Source: the human T2T-CHM13v2.0 reference genome, Homo sapiens. From it: a DNA stretch of 64,000 bases. Both the position numbers and the translations under genes were made by a program. The notes under the pieces were generated by a model, which saw nothing but the letters and a program-made list of their open reading frames with translations, ran no database searches and was not told where the DNA came from. Of this stretch, positions 1-16,876 are shown piece by piece. The stretch is from assembly GCF_009914755.1 (NCBI RefSeq), contig NC_060925.1. One strand, given 5' to 3'. Every line of letters starts with the position of its first letter. Position 1 is the first letter of the stretch.

Positions 1-127
1 TAGATACTCGGGAGGCTGAGGCAGGAGAATCGCTTGAACCCGGGAGACGGAGGTTGCAATGAGCCGAGATTGCGCCAGTTCACTCCAGCCTGGGTGAGAG
101 AGCGAGACTCCATCTCAAAAAAAAAAA
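1..127 (+). mobile_element. Alu right arm, cut by the window start
   Basis: Alu consensus plus poly-A. Confidence 0.9.
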
Positions 128-869
128 GAATTGGTTAGATACTTTGTCAATTTTCAATTTTGCAAAGAAAATTATATACATATAAAATATAAAGAATCAG
201 TTAGAAAATGTCAAAACTGAAGTCAGGAAGAGAATTAAAAAGCTATTAGAGTAACTGAGATGAAAGTTAATAATGACTGAAACCAAGGATCTGGCCATTA
301 GGACAGAGAAATATGGACAGATTTTCAACATATACAGGAGTCAGAATGGATGGGACTTGATGGTTACGTAGATATGAAAGTTGAAGAGGGAGGAGGCAAA
401 AATGATTCTCAGATGCATCATGGGCAGCTGACTGGGTGGCTGGTTGATGCTATTTACTGAGAAAAGAAACAGGAGGAAGAGCAGATTTGTGTGGGAAGAG
501 GATTACCTTCATTCTTGTCTGTTTTTAGATGTCTCTGTAAAACAAGAAACATATCTGTCACTATAATGGGCACTTTAAAATATGATCTCATTTATCCTGA
601 TAGAAACAGCAATAATAATAGCAATACCATCCACCTGGATTCTATGCTTATTTGTTAGGAACTGAGCAGAAACTGTTGCTCTCCACCTCTGTCCTTCCCG
701 TAATGAAAGCGTTAATACTGTCGTCATCTCCATTTTGCAGCTGAGGGACCAGAAGTTAATGCACGTGCTCAAAGACTTAGAGCCTGTGAGTGCTGTAGTA
801 AGGATTCAGAGCCTTATGGATTTGACTGGGCTGACTTTTTTTATTTTTAATTTCAACTTTTATTTTATT

Positions 870-1491
870 TTTTATTTATTTTTTGAGACAAGGTCTTGCT
901 CTGTCACCCAGGCCAGAGTGTGGTGATGCAAACATAGCTTCATTGCAACCTCAAACTCCAGGGCTCAAGCAATCCTCCTGCCTCAGCCTCCCAAGTAGCT
1001 AGGACTACAGGCGCACAGTACCATACTTGGCTAATTTTTTTGTATTTTTTATAGAGATGGGTTTCGCCATGTTCAGTTCAGCAGTTCTACACTAACATAA
1101 CTTGATGGGTGAAAATAGGGTGGTGGTAGGTGGGAGGGAGTGAGGATCGTATTAGATAATGTAAGTAAATCTCTCTATAAACTGAAGAGTCCTGGAGACA
1201 GGGTCTTGCTCTGTTGCCCAAGCTGGAGTGCAGTGGTAAGATCATAGCTTACAGCAGCCTCGATCTCCTGGCCTCAAGCGGTCCTCCCACCTCAGCCTCC
1301 CAGAGTGTTGGGATTACAGGCATAAGCCACTGCACCAGACCTTTCAACTTTTATTTTATTTCTGTATTTTTAGTAGAGACAGGGTTTCACCACGTTGGCC
1401 AGGCTGGTCTCCAACTCCTGATCTCAGAGGGTTTACCCACCTTGGCCTCCCAAAGTGCTGGGATTACAGGAGTGAGCCACCACGCCCAGCC
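870..1491 (-). mobile_element. Cluster of three antisense Alu fragments/monomers with a unique spacer at 1074-1192
   Basis: Alu consensus matches. Confidence 0.8.
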
Positions 1492-1689
1492 ATTCAACTT
1501 TTATTTTAGATACAGGGGGTACATGTGCAGGTTTGTCATAAGGGCATATTGTGTGATGCTGAGGTTTGGGATATGATTGAACCTCTGTGAGCGCAGTCCC
1601 CAGTAGGTAGTTTTTCAGCCTTCCCTCCCTCTTTCTCTCCTTGCCTCTTCTTGTAGTCCCCAGTGTCTATTTTTCCCATCTTTTTTTGT

Positions 1690-2455
<766 letters not shown>

Positions 2456-2884
2456 GACTTACACCACATTTTCTTTATACAGTCCACTGTTGATGGGCAC
2501 CCAGGTTGATATCATGTCTTTGCTATTGTGAATAGTGCAGCAATCAACATATGAATGCAGGTGTCTTTCTGGTAGAATAACTTATTTTCCTTTGGTTATG
2601 TAACCAGTAATGGGATTACTGGGTTGAATGATACTTCTATTTTTAGTTCTTTGAGAAATCTCTAAAGTGCTTGCCACAGTGGCTGAACTAATTTACATTC
2701 CCACCAATAAATAGCATATAAGAGTTCTTTTGTCTCCATAGCCTCACTAACATCTGTTTTTTTTTATTTTTTAATAGCAGCCATTTAGACTGGTATGAGG
2801 TGGTATCTCATGGTTTTGATTTGCATTTCTCTGGTGATTATCGATGTTGAGCATTTTTTCATATGTTGGTTGGCTGCTTCTATG

Positions 2885-2892
<8 letters not shown>

Positions 2893-2916
<24 letters not shown>

Positions 2917-3292
2917 TTTCCTTTTTTGACAGGATCTCACTGTGTTTCCCAGGCTGGAGTGCAGTGGTGTGGTCATAGCCCACAGCAACCTTTTTTTTTT
3001 TTTTTTTTTTTTTTTGACAGGGTCTCACTCTGTTTCCCAGGCTGGAGTGCAGTGGTGTGTGGTCATAGCTCACAGCAACCTTGAACTCCTGGCACAAGCA
3101 ATCCTCCCACATCAGCCTTCCAAGTAATTGGGACTATAGGCGCACCACCACACTTGGCTAATTTTTAAATTTTTTGTAGAGATGGGGGTCTCACTTCATT
3201 GTCCAGGTTGATGTAGAACTCCTAGCTTTAAGTGATCCTCCTGCCTTGGCCTCCCAAAGTGCAGAGATGACAGGCATGAGACACTGTCCAGG
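2893..3292 (-). mobile_element. AluJ with duplicated 3' end
   Basis: Two poly-T tracts, each followed by the same ~65 bp. Confidence 0.85.
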
Positions 3293-4826
3293 TGTATGTC
3301 TTCTTTCCAGAAGAGTGTGTTCTTGTCCTTTGCCTTTGCCTGCTGTTTAATATGGTTGTTTTTGGCTTGTTGATTTGTTGAAGTTCCTTATAGATTCTGG
3401 ATATTAGACCTTTGTTGGATGTGTAGTTTATGAATATTTTCTCCTATTCTGTAGGTTGTCTGTTTACTCTGTTAATAGTTTCTTTTGCTATGCAGAAACT
3501 CTTTAATTATTAGGTCCCACTTGTCAATTTTTGTTTTGGTTGCAATTGTTTTTGAGCACTCAGTTACAAATTCTTTGTGAAGGCTGATGTACAGAAGGGC
3601 ATTTCCTAGGTTTTCTTCTAGGATTTTTATACTTTTAGGTCTTAATTAAGTCTTCAATCCATCTTGAGTTAACTTTTATGTATGGTACTAGAAGGGGATC
3701 CAGTTTAATTCTTCTGCAAATGGATAGCTGGTTATCCCAGCACAATTTATTGACATGTGGAACCTTTCCACATTTCTTATTTTTGTTGACTTTGTCAAAG
3801 ATCAGTTGGTTGTAGGTGTGCAACTTTGTTTCTGGGTTCTCTGTTTTGTTCTGTTGCCCTGCATGTCTGTTTTTGTGCCAGTACCATGCTGTTTTAGTTA
3901 TTATAGCTATATAGTATAGTTTGAAGTCAGATAATGAGATGCCTCTGGCTTCATTTTTTTTTTCTTAAGATTGCTTTGGCTATTTAGGCCCTTTTTTGGT
4001 GCCATACAGATTTTAGGATAGCTTTTCCTACTTTTGTGAAAAGTGATATTGGTAGTTTGACAGAAATAGCATTGAATGCATAGATTGCTTTGGGCAGTAT
4101 AGCCATTTTAACAATATTGATTCATCCAGTCCATGAGCATAGAATGTTTTTCCATTTGTTTGTGTCATCTCTGATTTCTTTCAGCAGTGTTTTGTAGTTC
4201 TCCTTATAGAGATCTTTCACCTCCTTGGTTAAATGTATCCCTAGGTATTTTTTTGTGTGGCTATTGTAAATGGGATTGCATTCCTGATTTGGCTCTCAGC
4301 TTGAATGTTATTGGTGTATAGAAATACTACTGATTTTTGTTCACTGATTTTGTGTCTTGAAACTTCACTGACGTCATTTATCAGGTCTGGTAGTCTTTTG
4401 GCAGTCTTTAGGGTTTTTTAGTTACAGAATCATATCATCAGTGAAGGCAGAGAATTTGACTTTTTATTCTCCTATTCGAATGCCTTTTATTTCTTTCTCT
4501 TGCCTGGTTGCTCTGGCTAGCACTTCCAGTACTATGTTGAATAGGAGTGGTGAGAGTGGGCATCCTTGTCTTGTTCCAGTTCTGAAGAGGAATGCTTCCA
4601 GCTTTTACACAATCAATATGTTGGCTGTGAGTTTGTCAAAGATGGCTGTTAGTATTTTGAGGTACGTTCCTACAATGCCTAGTTTGTTGAGGGTTTTTAT
4701 CATGAAGGTATGTTGGATTTTATCGAAAGCTTTTTCTGAGTCTACTAAGATGATAATATGGTTTTTGTTTTTAGTCTTATGGACTTAATGACTTTTGAAG
4801 TATAAATGGGGTATGAGCCATAATGC

Positions 4827-5124
<298 letters not shown>

Positions 5125-5769
5125 CTTCATAAGTGTTTTTAAAGTGCTGGTATCCAAGTATGAAAAAACAGCTTAAAATGTGTTTCTAATGATTATGGGC
5201 TTCTTGCTGGTCTTACTTCCAGGCTAGAATTCCCAGGTGTTATATCCTACTCATTTTTAATATGAGATCTTGAACTGTATGCTTAAAATCAATTTTTACC
5301 CCCAATTTGCACTCTATCAACTGCTGGATTTCTGGTTTGCTATTGGGAGCAAATGTCACTGTGCAAACCTTTTTTTCTGTTTCAGATGCAACATAAAAAA
5401 TACATCTGTAGCAGGAGTCTAGGAATTCCCTCTAAGGAGCAAGAAAGTGTGACTGAGTCAGCACTGCCTTCTCTTTTGTGACAGTATGCAAATTGCCAAT
5501 GGCAGAGTTCAAGTGCATTCAAATATGTGGCATTTTTCACAGCTCATTGTTCTTTATCTCTTGTATTCCTGAAAACCACTTGAGATTTGCGTACATGATA
5601 AATTTCCCTTTCTTGGTGATAAAAAAGGCTGTAGGTTTTACAGTCAAGTCTACTTCCTTCAGGAAAGTCTCTGGAGAAAAGCTTTTGTTTTTTTCTTCTA
5701 TTCTCTTCCTCTCACTGTAGTAAATGAAGATAATGTAGAGACACCAGGGTAACAGAGCAAGTAACCTCA

Positions 5770-6118
<349 letters not shown>

Positions 6119-6886
6119 AATTTACAGCTTTGATATCTACTAGCTTACATTCATTCCCAACCACTGTAACTGGTCCAATGTGGAGACTGATTCAACTTGA
6201 AATTTAACTTGCCCAGAAGGAATCACTTGCTTATCAGATTTTTTCTAAATTGAGAAAGTGATCTCACAATTGTAATTTTTAGCACGCAGGGCTTAGAGAA
6301 GTAAAATGACAGGGCTCAGAACCCAGAACTCAGACTTTCTCACACCGGTCACATCCCCTCCTTTCAGAATCCCACTGCTCCTCAGAAACAAGTGCTGCTG
6401 CTTGGGCACTGTTCTCTGAGTCTATGAAGTTTTCGGTTTTCTGGGAAGCCTTATTTGCACACATAATAAGAGCCTATAATCTAAAACGTGTGTTGATTTT
6501 GTTATCTTTCAAAGGGAACTATAAATCTACCTTCTCTTTCAGAAACTAAGCAAGTTTGTATTGAGGGCCAGTTATGTCCCAGGCTCTGCACTAAACAAGG
6601 TGTAGTGACAGTGAAGAATCCTGCCTTCAGGGAGCTTTCAGAACTGCCGAGGATAACAGCAGCTAATGCTTTCATGGCATTTACTATGCATTCTATAGGC
6701 ATTATTCCAAGTGCATCAATTTGTATCTTATATGAGATTGGTCTATTACTATTCCCATTTTATAGATAAGGAAACTGAGACACTCAACTAATAAGTGTCA
6801 TAGCCAAGATTTGAATCCAACTTTAAATAAGTAATTATTAAGGTTAATAAGTATTATTGAAGGACAAGGTAACGTGCTGTGGGAAC

Positions 6887-7048
6887 TTTTTTTTTTTTTT
6901 GAGACAGGGTCACACTCTGTCGCCCAGGTTGGAACGCAGTGGTGTGATCACAGCTCACTGCAGCTTTGACCTCCTGGGCTCAAGCAGTCTTCCTGCCACA
7001 GCTTCCCAAAGTGTTGAGATTACAGGCAGGAGACACCACACCTGGCCT
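6887..7048 (-). mobile_element. Alu monomer (FRAM-like)
   Basis: TSD tgtgggaacttt. Confidence 0.8.
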
Positions 7049-7144
7049 GTGGGAACTTTGCTAATGTGATTTCACCTAATCCAGGTGGTTAGATGAGTAG
7101 GAATTAGGCTGGAACTGACCCAGGAAAGGGCTTTTTAAGTATAT

Positions 7145-8179
<1,035 letters not shown>

Positions 8180-8287
8180 GCTACAAAATGGAAGCCCAAG
8201 GACCAAAAGTAGTAGTAAACATTAGTGTTTGTTTGTTGTTTGTCTGATGGGCATATTTTAAGAATTGTTAAATTTGAATGCTTTTAG

Positions 8288-8593
<306 letters not shown>

Positions 8594-8724
8594 TAATTTG
8601 TTGTCTTATACTCAGTTCACGTCATTCACCTTCAGTTGGCTCCCTTGCAGCCTGATGCCTGGATGCATCTGAGTTTGTTATCCTGGTGGATATTTTCTGG
8701 GAGAGATGGGCTCCACCCTGTTTC

Positions 8725-9190
8725 AATTAGGGATCTCTTTGTTGCAAGTGACAGAATCTCAATTTGACATTACTTAGACAAAAGGAGAAATTTACTCAAG
8801 GGCTAGAGGTTTGTTTGTTTGTTAGTTAGTTTGTTTGTTTTTCATATACTTGCAGGCAGCGTGTGGTTGACACTTAGCCTCAGAGGTGGTTGGAACCAGA
8901 GGCCTGCTGCTGCCAGGGTTCTCTCTGTTTATCTGACTTTCCTCCTGCAGATGTGCTTCTTCAGCCTGATGTGTGTATGGCTGCCCAAAGCTCCTAAGCC
9001 TCTCTGCCAGAAAAGAGCTGACTCTTCCCTTGGGTCTACTTTGGAAAATCCGTAGAATATTCTTGTGTGGTTCAAGTGTCCACCCTTGGACCAGTTACTG
9101 TGGCCAGAGAGACAGGGCATTTTGATTGTCCAGCTTTGGGACAGAGATCAACCAGCTTTGGGGATTGTCAGCTGGACATGTCACCCATCT
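8725..9190. mobile_element. Ancient MaLR LTR (MLT1K/J-like)
   Basis: gttgcaagtgacagaa... and tgtccacccttggaccagttactgtggccag motifs. Confidence 0.55.
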
Positions 9191-11989
9191 GTTATATGGG
9201 ATATTGCCAGTGTTGCCTTTTATGTCCACCCTTCAGAAGCTCCTTCACTTGATCACAGTAATTTTCCTGGCCCACAAAGCATTTTCTTTCAGAGCTCATA
9301 GTGCTGTGCTGAAGATTATAGCATCATGCTGCCAGAATGTGTCATATCAGTTTATTTCATGAAATGAGATGACCTTTCTACAACATTTCTTCATTCTTCT
9401 TTTTTAGGGGTCCCTTGCAAAGTAAACACATTAGAATGTCCCCAAACCTCAGTTTTGAAGGCATTAAGAGCTCCTTTTGTGTAATAATTGGGCAATTAGC
9501 AAATTATAAATTCATGTTTAAACACAAAATATGAAGGAAAGCGACCCAAGGTCACTGCCGTGGCTACTGCCATGATTTTTTTTCCCAACCCAAGTTTAAA
9601 ATAAGCAGGCATGACTTGTTCTGACCTGATATTGGATCTAAAAACGGAATCACTATGTCATTGCTGGCTAAGAATCTTGCGTGTGTTGCTGGGAGGAGGT
9701 AAACAGTACTTTCCCTTTCCCTGAAGGTTTACTCAGTTAAGAGCAAGGGCTCTGCAGCAAGATGTGTCTGAGTTAAGTTCTGGCTTGGCAAATAATAATT
9801 TAGCCTCTCTGTGCCGCAGTTACCTCAGCTCTGCTGAGGTATATAATTATACCTCAATTATATTATAAGAGCAATAATTATAAGAGCAATAATTGTCCCT
9901 AATACACAGGTCTGTTGTGTACACCAACAAATGGGTAATATGCCTAGCTCAGTAACAGGCACATACTCAGGAGATTTTAGCTGTCATAATTTTCATCATC
10001 ATCACGTACCAGCTCCATCCCTTGGCTCGGATGTTTAAGAGTAATCAATATAAGAAATGAGACAGTGCGTCAGACCAGATGCTTTTCAGAAATCCAGTTT
10101 TCTCATCTATTCCTTCTACATTTTTGAGGACAAGAAAAAAGGAAGGAAACTGACACTTCAGGCTCCTGCTACCCACCACACACCTTCACGCATCTACCAT
10201 TCAGTTGTATTCATTTCTATGATTATTTCTTTAACATCTGTCTCACTAGGTCTGTAAATGTGCTCAGGGCAAGGGCTCCTCTGTTTTTCTTTTTGTTTGT
10301 GCTGGCATGTAGTAGGTGCTCAGTAAGCATGTATTGAATTCAACTTTGCTCACAACCCCTTATTCAGGTAGCAGTTATTGCATTCTTAATAAAAAAATGA
10401 AGGTTTCCAAACACTATTACTGCTAGTAAGTAGCAGAACAAGTCTGAACCCAGATTATCTGGCTGTTATTCCAGTGCCATTTCTTTTTTCTAAAAAGTTC
10501 AAATGATAAGGAAGAATAAAACCAAATTAGTACTTCTTCCATGTGATGTGCAAATTGGATTTTTAAACCTGTAGTTTGGGAAGTCAGGTCCTTTGTCCCA
10601 CTGCTGGTTAATTGGGGTTGAAACCAAGGTCGAATTGCAGATCTACAATATCATTTTCAAACAGAGGCACTTACTTTTGCTCCTCCTAAGGCCATTTGAT
10701 ACACACTGGTAGGAGTAACACCAATAGTTTCTGTTTACGAGGCAGGTTAGAGTTTTTCCTCTAAAAATTCCCATGAGCCTTATTGACCTTTTCACGTCTT
10801 TTTTCTCTCTTTTCAAGTGTGATCCTTTAAAGTAAAGGCCACAGAGTCATCTTCACTGTGTGACCTTCCTTTCATGGCTGGTTCTCAAATCCACGTGGGT
10901 GCATTTAAGATTTAAGTTCCCGAACTTTGATTCACTCAGCACTAACACTTTATAAAGCCCATATTCTATTCTGCCATATGTTGAAGAAAGAAATAAGACA
11001 AAGTCGATCATATTAAGATATGGGAGACACATACATAAAAAGATACAATATAATCTTGCAAATAAGTGATAAAATTCATTGGTTCATCTTGTGGAAGGGG
11101 CACCACCCAGGGGCTAAGGGAAGAATTACAAGAGGAGGTAATTTTTTTAGTTCATTTTATATCATATCATCTGTTTAGAAGCAAAATTTATAAAGGGCAG
11201 GGGAGCAGTCCTAGGATCTTTCTCATAGAAGGGGAAAATTAAAGAGAATCTGAATGAGTGAGATAAGTCTGGCCCCCCAAAAATCAGTTAGAAAGTAGGC
11301 AGCTAAGTGTAGGCATGGTCATCCAGGAGACCTAGGCTCCAGTCTCAGGATAGTGCTTACTGGGGTTAAATCTTTCAGGTTGTAAACCAATGGGGAATTA
11401 AGGACATAGGATGAGATTGTAACTGAATCTAATAACAATGAACAGCTGGGCATAACTTGGTCACTATCTATTGTATTGTTATACATCGAATGGGAGCCTG
11501 GTGAAGAAAGGCTGTGTGAACATGCCTAGGAAAGAGACCCGAGGCAGGGGATGTCAGATTCAATTAAAAGCAAAAAACAAACAAACAAAAACCAGTTACA
11601 GAAAATACTGTGAGATACAAAGGTAAGTTAGTCTTACTTACTCTAAAAATTGCCTCCAGCATTTCCTACAGGAGAAAAGTGTCCTTTCTAGGTCGCTTCC
11701 AAGACTCTTAGCACCGTGGTTATGGGTGCATGTTCTGGGCTCTGCACTAGTCCCCTGTAGTGCATTTAGGAACATGGGGCTACCATAGCCCAATTCCATT
11801 TACTATCATCATTAGCATCTTTAGTAAATATTATTAATTGCCAGGTGTGTTGCTAAGGGTGCTCATGTATTACTTCATTTAATCTTTTCAGCATCCTGAA
11901 ATTATAGCTACTTTTATTTTTTTCCATTTTATGGATGGGGAAATTAAGGCTTGAAGAGGGCAAATAACCTGTTCAGGTTTGTAGATCAC

Positions 11990-12286
11990 TTTTTTTTTTT
12001 TTTTTTTTTTTGAGACAGAATCTTGCTCTGTCACCCAGGCTGGAGTGCAGTGGTGCAATCTCAGCTCACTGCAACCTCCGCCTCCCCAGGTAAAAGCAAT
12101 TCTTCTGCCTCAGACTCCCGAGTAACTGGGATTACAGGCACCCAGCTAATTTTTGTATTTTTAGTACAGACGGGGTTTTGCCATATTGGCCAGGCTGGTC
12201 TCGAACTCCTGACCTCAGGTGATCCACCGCCCCCACCTTGGCCTCCCAAAGTGCTGGGATTACAGGCGTGAACCACTGCGCCCGGC
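11990..12286 (-). mobile_element. AluS
   Basis: Dimer consensus. Confidence 0.9.
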
Positions 12287-12948
12287 CAGGTTTGCAGAAC
12301 TCTTAAGTTGAAGAGCTAGGATCACAGACTCCTAACATTCCATTCATTATACAAGTTATCCCTACCTTCCAGATCAGCTTACCTACCTGCTGTCTGTGTA
12401 CTACACCTCACCACCTGGGTGTCTCTCAGACGTTACCAAGAGACAGAGTAAACCCATGCTTTCTCCTATCCAAACCAGTCTCTCCTGTTCCCTGCTTTGT
12501 CCAAACCCAGTTGCAGGAATTTATGCCTTAAAGTAAACCATCGTATGATAATTTCCCCTGAAAATGTGCCTATTAAAAAAAAAATAGGATATGATGGGAG
12601 GCAGACATAAACATTCTGGTCAATTTATTGGTGTTATTATTTATTTCAGTTAATAAACTGCCCTTTCGCTATGCTTCACTTTCCACGTGTTTAGGCAGTT
12701 TGGATTCTCCCAAGTCTGGATTCTGCACTCCTCCGTGGGGTTTAGAGCTAACTTACCTTTATCCCCCAGTATTTTCTGTAGCCGTGGTTTTTTTTGTTTT
12801 TGTTTTTTTGTTTTTTAATTCTAATTGAATGTCTTAAGGGGAAAAAACTCTAGTTCAGGATTTGAGCCCTGAACAGATAGTTTTATAGGGATATTAGTGT
12901 AACGAAAAAGAAAAAACTCTGGCTGGAATGACCATCAAAGGATATCTG

Positions 12949-13243
12949 GCCGAGTGTGTTGTTGCTCGTGTAGTCCCAGCTACTCAGGAGGCTGAGACAG
13001 GAGGATCACTTGAGCCCAGAAGTTTGACGCTATAACGAGCTCTGCCAATTGGGTGTCCACACTAAGTTCGGTATCGATATGGTGACCTCCTGGGAGGAGG
13101 GACCACCAAGATGCCTAAAAAGGGGTGAACCAGCCCAGGTCAGAAACAGAGCAGGTGAAAACCCCTGTGCTGATTAGCAGTGAGATCATGCCTGTGAAGA
13201 GCACACTGCGCTCCAGCAGCAACATAAAAAGACCCTGTCTTTT
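12949..13243 (+). pseudogene. RN7SL180P: 7SL (SRP RNA) processed pseudogene
   Basis: Alu-domain ends enclosing the S domain (gggtgtccacactaagttcggtatcgatatggtgacctcc...ggtcagaaacagagcaggt), poly-A tail to about 13290, degenerate TSD aaag(g)a(t)atctg. The specific symbol is from memory and less certain than the class. Confidence 0.88.
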
Positions 13244-13522
13244 ATTTAAAAAAAAAAAAAAAAAAAGAAGAAAAAGAAAAAGAAAAGAAATCTGATAGGT
13301 CTAAGGCCTCACAGATCTGAAAGGGCTGAAAAAACATTTGGAAATGACAAGGCTGTGTTCATTTCTAAGAGTTAGTCCAGTGGGTGAATGAAACTTTTTT
13401 GCCCAGTGTTTTGGTCATTTTTGTAGTAGACTGAAGCCCAATTAAATGTACTAACTGCTGAAATTGGAAAGTGCGGTTGAGCCCTCCAATGCTGCTAATT
13501 GGTTGTGTCTTTTACATTTCAG

Positions 13523-13597
13523 GAAGACATGTCCCAGGTGATTGGTCAGGGCATGGTGGCAGATCAGCAGAAGGCACTGGAATACCCACCTGACAAT
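13523..13597 (+). CDS. PATJ: Candidate skipped/ancestral PATJ exon (75 nt): EDMSQVIGQGMVADQQKALEYPPDN
   Basis: Acceptor tcttttacatttcag with gctaat branch-like motif; unique non-repeat sequence; open in phase 0; weak donor AAT|gtacat; resembles a rodent Patj segment as I recall it. Confidence 0.6.
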
Positions 13598-13829
13598 GTA
13601 CATAACTTGTACTTTAGGTTTTGCTCTTCTGGGGTTGCGTGCGTTATAGACCGGGTTCCAAAAGAAAAGGAGGTGATTGCAATGAGATCAGATCTTTTAT
13701 TACTTGACAGGAGGTTGTGGAGTGTCATGCAACCTGAAATCAAGCCACAACTGTATCATTGATTCTGTGCAAGTTGATGCAAATATCTTGTGTTCACCTC
13801 TCTGTCCCAACCCCCTAAACAGATGCTTA

Positions 13830-14332
<503 letters not shown>

Positions 14333-14713
14333 ATTTCTGAGAGCACCATGTCTTACACAATATTAGAAATAAAAATTACAAATGGAAGAATTTCTATAAA
14401 ATAACTTCAGTGTTCCTTACATTTGAATTTCACTTCTCTTAAAGAACTATAAACTTTTATCACATTTTTATACTTTTGTTGCTGTTGAGCTTTTTCCTTG
14501 CTTTTTTTAACTCCAGATTTTCATATCTGTGTACTAATCTATGTTTTTATGTGTCTAAAATGTATACATTATTACTGTGTTAGCTATTTTTATATTTAAG
14601 AAACTATAGATTACTAGAGTTTACAGGAAATATATATTTCAAACATTGCCAAAGAAAATGCCTTTGAAAATTCTGTAAAATTATATGCTGAAAACCCAAA
14701 TTAAAAAAAATAG

Positions 14714-14875
14714 TGGGGGGAGGGGGGAGGGATAGCATTAGGAGATATACCTAATGCTAAATGACAAGTTAATGGGTGCAGCACACCAACATGGCACATG
14801 TATACATATGTAACAAACCTGCACGTTGTGCACATGTACCCTAAAACTTAAAGTATAATAATAATAAAATTTAAA
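14714..14875 (+). mobile_element. Heavily 5'-truncated young L1PA (L1PA3/4-like) 3' end
   Basis: Near-consensus gggatagcattaggagatatacctaatgct...cttaaagtataataa; TSD aaaaaaaatag. Confidence 0.9.
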
Positions 14876-14941
14876 AAAAAATAGATACAGAATGAACCTT
14901 AAAAATAACCAAATTCAGTTCAACTGAAAACCTTTAAGCAA

Positions 14942-15487
<546 letters not shown>

Positions 15488-16138
15488 CTTCATATACTCC
15501 CACCTACCTCAAGCACATATCAAACATCTCTAAAATATTACAACCATAGAATTTTAGAGCTAGGGCGAATCCTAAATATCATCTTACATTCTTCTTCTTG
15601 CAGAACAATGAGCACCTAAACATCTAAATTATTCTCCTTTGGGAAAGTGATTTTAAGTCCTTTCTGCAGCTTCCAAAGAGAAATGGCCCAGAGGTCAGTG
15701 GGCATCATCTGCAGTGAGGCTGGCAGCTCATTATACAGAACTTTTCCACCCTTTGAGCTGCTCCAAAATGGAATGAGCTTCTTCATGGAAGTGGAATTTT
15801 CCATCCCTGAAGGTTTTCAATCAGAAGCTGGCTGATCATTTATTGATATGTTCTAAAAGGACATAAAAGCATTAATAGCTGTTATTAATTGAGCCTAAAT
15901 TATTTCTGGCACAATGATGGGTTTATTTATTTACCTTTAATTTTTACAACAACCTTGCAAGATATAGATGTATCACCAATTTATAGATGGGGCGGTCAAG
16001 TGACTTGTCTGTGGTCACACAGCTAATTAGTGATAGCAAACTTAGCAACATATACCTTCTTTTGAGTAGTGATGTTTATTTTCCTTTCATGAGGGCCTGA
16101 TGAAGTGTAAATCCTTTCTCTAGAAAAACACTGACAAG

Positions 16139-16876
<738 letters not shown>

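Noticed and set aside
3635-4788. ORFs with L1 ORF2 similarity
   Set aside because: Fragments of a degenerate, truncated L1, or its antisense frame; not functional
12949-13243. Functional SRP RNA gene
   Set aside because: Many substitutions and small deletions relative to 7SL, plus a poly-A tail and TSD, indicate a retropseudogene
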